NCBI RefSeq assembly: GCF_022045235.1
Contig: NW_027266285.1
Span: 4,092,001 to 4,156,000 of the forward strand
Direction of reading: 5' to 3'
Origin: Haliotis cracherodii
Lineage: Eukaryota
DNA length: 64,000 bases
A program made the translations under genes and the position numbers. Below the pieces are notes generated by a model. That model saw only the letters and a list, made by a program, of their open reading frames with translations. It made no database searches and was not told the DNA's origin. This document shows positions 52,804-64,000 of the stretch, in pieces (the first letter of the stretch is position 1; the number at the start of each line of letters is the position of its first letter).

Positions 52804-55800
52804 GAGCAATGATGTATAACAAGACAACACCAAACAACACACGAAGGGTGAAGCAATAATGTATAACAAGACAACACCAAACAACACACGAAGGGTGGAG
52901 CACTGATGTATAACAAGACGACAACACCAAACAACACACGAAGGGTGGAGCACTGATGTATAACAAGACGACAACACCAAACAACACACGAAGGGTGGAG
53001 CAATGATCTATAACAAGACGACAACACCAAACAACACACAAAGGGTGGAGCAATGATGTATAACAAGACAGCACCAAACAACACACAAAGGGTGGAGCAA
53101 TGATGTATAACAAGACAACACCAAACAACACACAAAGGGTGGAGCAATGATGTATAACAAGACAACACCAAACACCACACTAAGGGTGGAGCAATTATGT
53201 ATAACAAGACGACAACACCAAACAACACACGAAGGTTGGAGCAATGATGTATAACAAGACGACAACACCAAACAACACACGAAGAGTGGAGCAATGATGT
53301 ATAACAAGACAACACCAAACAACACACGAAGGGTGGAGCAATGATGTATAACAAGGCGACAACACCAAACAACACACGAAGGGTGGAGCAATGATGTATA
53401 AAAGACAACACCAAACAACACACGACGAGTGGAGCAATGATGTATAACAAGACAACACCAAACAACACACGAAGGTTGGAGCAATGATGTATAACAAGAC
53501 GACAACACCAAACAAAACACGAAGGGTGGAGCAATGATGTATAACAAGACGACAACACAAAACAACACACGAAGGGTTTTGAGCAATGATGTATAACAAG
53601 GCGACAACACCAAACAACACACGAAGGGTGGAGCAATGATGTATAACAAGACAACACCAAACAACACACGAAGGGTGAAGCAATGATGTATAACAAGACA
53701 ACACCAAACAACACACGAAGGGTGGAGCAATGATGTATAACAAGACAACACCAAACAACATACGAAGGTTGGAGCAATGATGTATAACAAGACGACAACA
53801 CCAAACAACACACGACGGTTGGAGCAATGATGTATAACAAGACGACAACACCAAACAACACACGAAGGGTTGAGCAATGATGTATAACAAGACGACAACA
53901 CCAAACAACACTCGAAGGGTTTTGAGCAATGATGTATAACAAGACGACAACACAAAACAACACAATAAGGGTGGAACAATGATGTATAACAAGACGACAA
54001 CACCAAACAACACACGAAGGGTTTTGAGCAATGATGTATAACAAGACAACACCAAACAACACACGAAGGGTTTTGAGCAATGATGTATAACAAGACGACA
54101 ACACCAAACAACACACGAAGGTTGGAGCAATGATGTATAACAAGACGACAACACCAAACAAAACACGAAGGGTGGAGCAATGATGTATAACAAGACAACA
54201 CCAAACAACACACGAAGGTTGGAGCAATGATGTATAACAACAAGACGACAACACCAAACAACACACGAAGGGTGAAGCAATGGTGTATAACAAGACAACA
54301 CCAAACAACACACGACGAGTGGAGCAATGATGTATAACAAGGCGACAACACCAAACAACACACGAAGGGTGGAGCAATGATGTATAACAAGACGACAACA
54401 CCAAACAACACACGAAGGGTTTTGAGCAATGATGTATAACAAGACGACAACACCAAACAACACACGAAGGGTTTTGAGCAATGATGTATAACAAGACGAC
54501 AACACAAAACAACACAATAAGGGTGGAACAATGATGTATAACAAGACGACAACACCAAACAACACACGAAGGGTGGAGCAATGATGTATAACAAGACGAC
54601 AACACCAAACAACACACGAAGGGTTTTGAGCAATGATGTATAACAAGACGACAACACCAAACAACACACGAAGGGTTTTGAGCAATGATGTATAACAAGA
54701 CGACAACACCAAACAACACACGAAGGGTGGAGCAATGATGTATAACAAGGCGACAACACCAAACAACACACGAAGGGTGGAGCAATGATGTATAACAAGA
54801 CAGCACCAAACAACACACGAAGGTTGGAGCAATGATGTATAACAAGACGACAACACAAAACAACACACGAAGGGTGGAGCAATGATGTATAACAAGACGA
54901 CAACACCAAACAAAACACGAAGGGTGGAGCAATGATGTATAACAAGACAACACCAAACAACACACGACGAGTGGAGCAATGATGTATAACAAGGCGACAA
55001 CACCAAACAACACACGAAGGGTGGAGCAATGATGTATAAAAGACAACACCAAACAACACACGACGAGTGGAGCAATGATGTATAACAAGACAACACCAAA
55101 CAACACACGAAGGGTGGAGCAATGATGTATAACAAGACGACAACACCAAACAACACACGAAGGGTTTTGAGCAATGATGTATAACAAGACAACACCAAAC
55201 AACACACGAAGGGTTTTGAGCAATGATGTATAACAAGACGACAACACCAAACAACACACGAAGGTTGGAGCAATGATGTATAACAAGACGACAACACCAA
55301 ACAACACACGAAGGGTGGAGCAATGATGTATAACAAGACAACACCAAACAACACACGAAGGTTGGAGCAATGATGTATAACAACAAGACGACAACACCAA
55401 ACAACACACGAAGGGTGAAGCAATGGTGTATAACAAGACGACAACACCAAACAACACACGAAGGGTGGAGCAATTATGTATAACAAGACGACAACACCAA
55501 ACAACACACGAAGGGTGGAGCAATGATGTACAACAAGACGACAACACCAAACAACACACGAAGGGTTTTGAGCAATGATGTATAACAAGACGACAACACC
55601 AAACAACACACGAAGGGTGGAGCAATTATGTATAACAAGACGACAACACCAAACAACACACGAAGGGTTGAGCAATGATGTATAACAAGACGACAACACC
55701 AAACAACACACGAAGGGTTTTGAGCAATGATGTATAACAAGACGACAACACCAAACAACACACGAAGGGTGGAGCAATGATGTATAACAAGGCGACAACA

Positions 55801-56612
55801 CCAAACAACACACGAAGGGTGGAGCAATGATGTATAACAAGACAGCACCAAACAACACACGAAGGGTGGAGCAATGATGTATAACAAGACAGCACCAAAC
55901 AACACACGAAGGTTGGAGCAATGATGTATAACAAGACGACAACACCAAACAAAACACGAAGGGTGGAGCAATGATGTATAACAAGACGACAACACCAAAC
56001 AAAACACGAAGGGTGGAGCAATGATGTATAACAAGACAACACCAAACAACACACGAAGAGTGGAGCAATGATGTATAACAAGGCGACAACACCAAACAAC
56101 ACACGAAGGGTGGAGCAATGATGTATAACAAGACGACAACACCAAACAACACACGAAGGGTGGAGCAATGATGTATAACAAGACGACAACACCAAACAAC
56201 ACACGAAGGGTGGAGCAATGATGTATAACAAGACGACAACACCAAACAACACACGACGGTCGGAGCAATGATGTATAACAAGACGACAACACCAAACAAC
56301 ACACGAAGGGTTGAGCAATGATGTATAACAAGACGACAACACCAAACAACACAATAAGGGTGGAACAATGATGTATAACAAGACGACAACACCAAACAAC
56401 ACACGACGGTTGGAGCAATGATCTATAACAAGACGACAACACCAAACAATACACGAAGGTTGGAGCAATGATGTATAACAAGACAACACCAAACAACACA
56501 CGAAGGTTGGAGCAATGATGTATAACAAGACGACAACACCAAACAATACACGAAGGTTGGAGCAATGATGTATAACAAGACAACACCAAACAACACACGA
56601 AGGGTGGAGCAA
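52804..56612. repeat. 47/50/51-bp AC-rich satellite, about 77 copies
   Basis: Unit GAGCAATGATGTATAACAAGAC(GAC)AACACCAAACAACACACGAAGGGTG. The minus strand almost lacks stop codons, which produces spurious long ORFs in all three frames. Confidence 0.98.
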
Positions 56613-56732
56613 CATCAGCAGGGTATGCTTATAGCTTTACGAGAGGTGATGAACCTGCGTTTCTGATGAGGAGTCACGCCTTGGACCTCAGCGTACTGAA
56701 ACCTTTCTTCTGTTCGGTTCACTCCTCAGACG

Positions 56733-56980
56733 GTGTCCTCCTCCGTGGTCTCGTGGATAGAGGTTCTGCCCGGAGAGCGGAGAGTCCGAGGTTCGATCCC
56801 CGGCCGCGTCATACCAAAAGACATTAAAAGATGGTACTTGTTGTAACCCTGTCTGGCGCTCGGCATTAGGGGGCTAAAACAAAGACTGGTCGGCTCGGAG
56901 TCAGTACACTGTGTCTGAGTGGGGTATTCATGTTAAACTGCGGCATGGTATCTCAATGGGCTAGGACTATAAAATCGGCA
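56733..56980 (+). mobile_element. tRNA-derived SINE, family D (Meta/Deu-domain-like), 3' truncated
   Basis: B box GGTTCGATCCC. GTCATACCAAAAGACATTAAAAGATGGTAC..CTGGCGCTCGGCATT resembles the Meta domain and GCTAGGACTATAAAA the Deu domain (both recalled). Confidence 0.75.
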
Positions 56981-57099
56981 TTTGTCATTCAGCTATTTCG
57001 ATTGCGTAATCATCATGTGGACAAAGCTGAAACTGCAACAAATATATCTTTTAACGAGTTAAAATATGGCATTGATGATATATGCATCAGTTCTCTGTT

Positions 57100-57363
57100 A
57101 ACATATGTTTGTTCCAAGGCGCAAACATTTACAGTGGCAAAGGAAGGAACATCATCCCTCAAAGCTGTTGGAGATACTTGCTAACAGGAAATAATGTCCA
57201 TTTTCATCAACAGAGAACACCTAGTCACTCTGCTGCCTGGTTGTGTGTTTGGTTTAAATGCAGCCTGTAAGCATGGACAGTATCGTACTTGATACATGCA
57301 AACTGTTGAGGGTGTACTATACATCCTTCGTAGTTCGGCTCAGAACTTTTCAACCACCTCTCG
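57100..57363 (+). mobile_element. 3' remnant of a mariner related to 8339-9678
   Basis: VHFHQQRTPSH (compare FHQDNA.AH) and right TIR GGCTCAGAACTTTTCAACCACCTCTCG-TA, close to 9652-9680. Confidence 0.7.
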
Positions 57364-58922
57364 TACCAGCAACTTTAGAATAAAGGACTGTACGTCCGTA
57401 AATAAAGACTGTTAACTCTATTTTGTGTACCTCTTAACGCAGGGGAAATATTGTTAAATGGTAACGTCGTGGTATATCTGATAACGACTGAGAATATAAC
57501 ACAAAGAGTGTCAACGATTCGACTGCCAATGTGAAATCTGTGTGGAATCCCACATCTGTGACTCACTCGAACATGTGCATTTCTAGCCCGGTTCATGAGA
57601 TCCTGTCTTCAGACACAAATTAAAAGTCTCTATCGAAAGCCACCAGAGGATGTTCATTTCCAGATCTATTGGGTTGTGGTTCAAACCTCATTATTACTCG
57701 CTATTCAAATTGAAGTTACTTTATTTGAAGAACTGCAAAATGTTGGAATTGAACAATTAAATTTCAGCGGCACAATCTGTTATGAGGCTTTGATGTGCAA
57801 AATTATTTTTTCTGAACACGAACGTCGATCCCTGTTGTTGAACGCTCAACACAGAATAGCGACCATCCACATGGCTTCGAGTTTCTCTTCCCTTTCACTT
57901 CTCAGTAGCAAAACAGAAACGGCACGATTCTTATGATTTCTTCAGAAACAAATGGCGATTCAACTGAATCCTTTATATCCATAATCCACAATACGGTACA
58001 GCGAATGCTCTATAATGTGGAGTGTAGTAGGAGCGGAGTCAGACGCACTGAGGGTAGAGGGTCACGCATTCAACCAAGTTTTCCAGCCTGACCAACGATC
58101 CATGTAATTGCCTCTTATTCTTAACTCGGAATCCCTGCGGTTCAAACTGTTAACTAAACCCCGCTACGTGTGGACTTCCTGTTGTATCATTTAGTTTAAT
58201 GATAGAACAATTGGACGATAAAAGAGTGTCGCCGGCTGGATCGAGTACAGAAGGCTAACACATGTTGTCTGCTGACACGGTGACATGGAAGACAGGTGTG
58301 CGACGTTCAGAGCTAAACCTTTACTGACATTAAAACAACTGGTTCATCCGTTTAGGAATTACCTTTCGTTGCATCAGTTTGGGTTTGGTACTTGAATAAC
58401 TTATATTATTTGAATCAACATTTTAAGAGTGAACATTTAACTCACAACCAAAGTTATCTTTTGTGTTACGTAAATTTATGAGAAAAGACTGTGATTGCGA
58501 TAATTATAGATATACTTTTTAAACCCTTATTTTCGTTAATGTATCAATGTATATTATAAAATTAGAATCTTTCTTTGAACAGTTCGCTGTTCTTTATCTG
58601 ATAAAAAACAGATCTATTTTCTACACACATCTTAATGTACTGAATCACTTCAACACAGCAGTCGATAAGTCGGAACGAGAACGTCCTTTTGCTCGGTGAA
58701 CAATGGTGTCCATGCGGTAGGACATCCTCTCCTGTTTGCTCCAGCATAACACTTCACAGATGAACAGCTAGATTACAGATAAAATGATAATTTGGGGTTT
58801 TAGATATCAGTAAATATTGATAAATCAATACAAGATGACTACAGGTAAACCATGTTTCAGTCAATCCATTGATCCTGGTGTCATGTCTAGAGGTGGGATC
58901 CATACAGTAAAGCAACAAAGGT

Positions 58923-61490
58923 TAGTCGGGTACAGTATACGTGCTACACACATCAGTCATTATCAGTCGGGTACAGTATACGTGCCACACACATCAGTCA
59001 TTATCAGTCGGGTACAGTATACGTGCTACACACATCAGTCATTATCAGTCGGGTACAGTATACGTGCCACACACATCAGTCATTATCAGTCGGGTACAGT
59101 ATACGTGCCACACACATCAGTCATTATCAGTCGGGTACAGTATACGTGCCACACACATCAGTCATTATCAGTCGGGTACAGTTTTCGTGCCACACACATC
59201 AGTCATTATCAGTCGGGTACAGTATACGTGCCACACACATCAGTCATTATCAGTCGGGTACAGTATACGTGCTACACACATCAGTCATTATCAGTCGGGT
59301 ACAGTATACGTGCCACACACATCAGTCATTATCAGTCGGGTACAGTATACGTGCTACACACATCAGTCATTATCAGTCGGGTACAGTATACGTGCCACAC
59401 ACATCAGTCATTATCAGTCGGGTACAGTATACGTGCCACACACATCAGTCATTATCAGTCGGGTACAGTATACGTGCCACACACATCAGTCATTATCAGT
59501 CGGGTACAGTGTACGTGTCACACGCATCAGTCATTATCAGTCGGGTACAGTGTACGTGCCACACACATACACCATCTTATCAGTCTGGTACAGAGTACGT
59601 TTCACTATCCTACACCATCTTATCAGTCTGGTACAGTGTACGTGCCACTATCATACACCACCTTATCAGTCAGGTACAGTGTACGCGCCACACACATACA
59701 CCATCTTATCAGTCAGGTACAGTGTACTTGCCACTATCATACACCATCTTATCAGCCTGGTACAGTGTACGCGCCACACCCATACACCACCTTATTAGTC
59801 GGGTACAGTGTACGTGCCACTATCATACATCATCTTATCAGTCGGGTACAGTGTACGCGCCACACCCATACACCACCTTATTAGTCGGGTACAGTGTACG
59901 TGCCACTATCATACATCATCTTATCAGTCGGGTACAGTGTACGAGCACACACACCACATGAGTCAGGTACACTGTACGAGCACACACACCACATTAGGCA
60001 GGTACACTGTACGAGAACACACATCACATGAGTCAGCTACAGTGTACGAGCACACACACGACATTAGTCAGGTAATCTGTACGAGCACACACACCACATT
60101 AGCCGGGTAGAGTGTATGAGCACACACACCACATAAGGCGGGTGCAGTGTACGAGCACACACACCACATAAGGCGGGTGCAGTGTACGAGCACACACACG
60201 ACATTAGCCGGGTGCAGTGTACGAGCACACACACGACATTAGCCGGGTGCAGTGTACGAGCACACACACCAGATTAGGCGGGTAGAGTGTACGAGCACAC
60301 ACACGACATTAGCCGGGTGCAGTGTACGAGCACACACACGACATTAGGCGGGTGCAGTGTACGAGCACACACACCACATTAGCCGGGTGCAGTGTACGAG
60401 CACACACACGACATTAGCCGGGTGCAGTGTACGAGCACACACACGACATTAGCCGGGTGCAGTGTACGAGCACACACACGACATTAGCCGGGTGCAGTGT
60501 ACGAGCACACACACGACATTAGCCGGGTGCAGTGTACGAGCACACACACGACATTAGCCGGGTGCAGTGTACGAGCACACACACCACATTAGCCGGGTGC
60601 AGTGTACGAGCACACACACGACATTAGCCGGGTGCAGTGTACGAGCACACACACGACATTAGCCGGGTGCAGTGTACGAGCACACACACGACATTAGCCG
60701 GGTGCAGTGTACGAGCACACACACGACATTAGCCGGGTGCAGTGTACGAGCACACACACGACATTAGCCGGGTGCAGTGTACGAGCACACACACGACATT
60801 AGCCGGGTGCAGTGTACGAGCACACACACGACATTAGCCGGGTGCAGTGTACGAGCACACACACCACATTAGCCGGGTGCAGTGTACGAGCACACACACC
60901 AGATTAGCCGGGTGCAGTGTACGAGCACACACACGACATTAGCCGGGTGCAGTGTACGAGCACACACACGACATTAGCCGGGTGCAGTGTACGAGCACAC
61001 ACACCACATTAGCCGGGTGCAGTGTACGAGCACACACACCAGATTAGCCGGGTGCAGTGTACGAGCACACACACGACATTAGCCGGGTGCAGTGTACGAG
61101 CACACACACGACATTAGCCGGGTGCAGTGTACGAGCACACACACGACATTAGCCGGGTGCAGTGTACGAGCACACACACGACATTAGCCGGGTGCAGTGT
61201 ACGAGCACACACACGACATTAGCCGGGTGCAGTGTACGAGCACACACACCACATTAGCCGGGTGCAGTGTACGAGCAGACGCACCACATTAGCCGGGTGC
61301 AGTGTACGAGCACACACACCAGATTAGCCGGGTGCAGTGTACGAGCACACACACCACATTAGCCGGGTGCAGTGTACGAGCACACACACCACATTAGCCG
61401 GGTGCAGTGTACGAGCAGACGCACCACATTAGCCGGGTGCAGTGTACGAGCAGACGCACCACATTAGCCGGGTGCAGTGTACGAGCACAC
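58923..61490. repeat. Compound satellite: 41-bp units (to ~59560), 43/44-bp units (to ~59940), 35-bp units (to 61490)
   Basis: AGTCGGGTACAGTATACGTGCCACACACATCAGTCATTATC grades into ATTAGCCGGGTGCAGTGTACGAGCACACACACGAC. Confidence 0.97.
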
Positions 61491-62289
61491 GTACAACGTC
61501 TTTTGAAAGGTATTGTTTGGTTGTGATACACCTGCTGATTATGTATGCACTGCGTCATTGGGAATTGTTGCATCAAGGAATAGCCACATGCTATTACATG
61601 TCAATCAAGGGAAATAACTATCGAATCAAAGCCATAATTCAGCACTAATTCCACATCTTGATGGCGACGATGTTACCACTGTAACGATAAGAAGGAAACA
61701 TTCAAGTGCGACTTGATAAAACGTGACTTGTTGATGAACAGTTTAACAGTGGTGCATCGTATTGCATCGCCATAAGTACTCTGTGCCATCTAATCAAAAT
61801 ATTGAAACAATTATGATCTCTGCGTAAAAACAGCGAGACATCGACATGGTTTTATCTGTTGTAGTGCGGAAGTATCTATATCACAGCATGATGTGACTGT
61901 TAGGGTGTGTAATATCTCGCCGTCAATAATCATATACAAAATCACCTCCCCATAATACTTCTGTAACATTTCCCAGGATGTACACAATGATCCAATTCGA
62001 CACGGCATATCCATCACTCCGCAGGGGAGATAACTGAACGTATTCGATATTTCTTGTCCTCGACAGTGGCTGTAAGTCAAAATTGTTTTGTTACCGTGAG
62101 GAGGACACTTGTATTGGAATGCGCTTTGTACAGAAGAGTGGAACATGTCCCATTTTAATTCTGGAAACCCAAAAGTCCAGAAACTCTACGCTCTTTGCCC
62201 AGTCTCGGTTAAAGGTATTTACAAAATTAAACATGCCGTTTTCATGGGAACATACCAAGGATGAAAAAATGAAAAAAAAAAATGTTTAA

Positions 62290-62672
62290 AAACTCAATAT
62301 TTAGACTATGTCGCCCATGGGCGAGGTCTGGCCCATGGGTAGGCCCATGGGCGAGAATATGTTCCTTTACTCAAAACTCATGTTTTTGTTTCGCAAATAC
62401 ATTAAATGTATTTATTTAAGTATCATGACACAAAATTTAACTCATTTTAACTTAATTCAACGATTTTATAGCGATATTGAAATATTTCGCCCATGGGCGA
62501 GAAAAAGGTTTGGCCCATGGGCGAGAATATGTTCCTTTACTTAAAACTCATGATTTTGTTTCGCAAATACATGCAGGTGTTTCATGGCACATAATGAAAC
62601 TCAATTTTACTCAATTCAGCTATTTTACAGATTTATTGAAATATTTCGCCCATGGGCGAGAAAAGGTTTTGC
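62290..62672. repeat. About 160-170-bp degenerate tandem repeat carrying GCCCATGGGC motifs
   Basis: GCCCATGGGCGAGAATATGTTCCTTTACT at ~62343 and ~62513. The 14-bp palindrome TCGCCCATGGGCGA occurs at 62311, ~62487 and ~62646. Confidence 0.8.
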
Positions 62673-64000
62673 CTTCGAAATCCTTGATTATTATATCATG
62701 CCAGAGTTCTGAAATTCAGTGACAATGTTGCTGAACAGTAGAATCTGATGGACGTATTGTGCAGAACCTGTTTGACACTATGGGTTCCAGGACCACTAAC
62801 ACTCTGAGCTGAAAAAGTTTGGTCATAACCGCACCCAACATCTTTAATGAACCCGGCCTTATCTCTCAAAACGTTTTGGCAGTTTATCATACGAATTCAT
62901 GTGCGTGTACAACATTAAATTTTAGTTAGTTTCTATTTCATTTCCCATTTTATGACCCGTTGATACATCACACTGTGCAATTACGTGACAGGTACGCGTG
63001 CGCGTATTTTAATGGAAAGAAACTATTCGTCTTTTATTGCATAACGTTTGGCTGAATATCTTACATTCTAACGAAATCTCGAAATAATTATTTAATTACA
63101 AGCAGTGTCGAACTGACCAGTAGGAATTATGTTTCAATGCGATTGAGGAAAACGTGAGTGAATATTGTGACACTAAAGCAACTTTTAACTGCATTGTCAC
63201 TTTTGGTATGAAAATGGTAATAGTTCAGAAAAACGTAACAGCCTTCTTATGATAATTCTCATATTCTCATTAGTACGTTGTATCTAATTACAGTGTCGGC
63301 CTTATTTACAGGTGATTCTACAATACTTGTTGTCGGTCAATTACAATCTGCCACACCACGCGTGAATAAACAGTTATGCAGGTGTTGCTGTGGGCAAATA
63401 CCTAGCCTGTACATGTATATTTTTGTGGATACATGTATTACATATTTTCGTTGATATGTGGATATATTAAGCACAAAGACACAAAAAGTTTATGAAAGAT
63501 GAATTTGTGCCTTGATATATATATTCAACGCGAACGAAGCTTGTATTTTCTCCGCGATCCTGATGTGTATCATCGTTTAATTGGTCATTCATTAAAAGTA
63601 TGTTGTGAGGCGATATCAAAGGAGCCGCTCAATATACACAGTGTCGTCCGTTTCGCGTGAACTACCACCCTACCCTGTCAGTAAGAGTTATGTAATCGGT
63701 ACACAAATATATTTGGTGCGATGTCAGTGTGGAAGGAGTTTGAATTACGTCCGCCAGTGGCCACAGAAAGTATAGTACAAATCAACAAGGCCAATGCCGT
63801 ACTAATAACCTAGTGACTCGCGTAACAACGGCTGTCAATATGTCTGCTACATCTACTATACCATCATCCCTGTCACAAATGGGGTATTAACGGCTTATTC
63901 AAAATATTTATTGTAGAAATGTCGTTATCAGACTAACGTACGTCGTATTCAGTCCTCAACTGGATGTTACATTTCTGTTACCAGCCCTGTTTGTGAAAAT

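Noticed and set aside
52797-56615. ORFs of 821-1069 aa on the minus strand
   Set aside because: All three frames are open because the 47-51-bp unit lacks stops on that strand. The same peptides cycle through the frames, so this is a satellite artefact.
56641-56710. Hammerhead-like CTGATGAG..GAAAC
   Set aside because: Stem II does not close next to the core, and no NUH site is correctly placed before a stem I.
58817-59961. ORFs of 285-355 aa
   Set aside because: Three overlapping frames across a 41-bp tandem repeat.

Overview
Repeat-rich, gene-poor eukaryotic (animal) genomic DNA, with an assembly gap at 12836-12998. The SINE families look like those I recall from molluscs, most like abalone (Haliotis); this is an inference from memory, not a database result. 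I find no intact protein-coding gene. All long ORFs in the track, including the 800-1070 aa ones at 52.8-56.6 kb, come from stop-free tandem repeats. About 40% of the window is 11 largely unrelated minisatellite arrays (units of 19-57 bp). The rest is largely mobile-element relics: a full-length decayed mariner carrying a nested SINE, a Tc1 DDE fragment, three Penelope-like RT fragments, probable Ty3/gypsy gag and DIRS tyrosine-recombinase fossils, four SINE families and several MITE-like elements. The most interesting observations are: (1) a SINE-like family with no tRNA head that starts at a compact pseudoknot plus hairpin (candidate ribozyme head); (2) two nested, oppositely oriented elements that share an asymmetric terminal-hairpin plus short-inverted-repeat design; (3) a satellite that appears to have grown from a palindromic MITE; (4) a compound satellite whose unit changes 41 to 43/44 to 35 bp; (5) a CRE/E-box/UPRE/TATA promoter candidate; (6) a chain of decayed Cys-rich exon-like segments.
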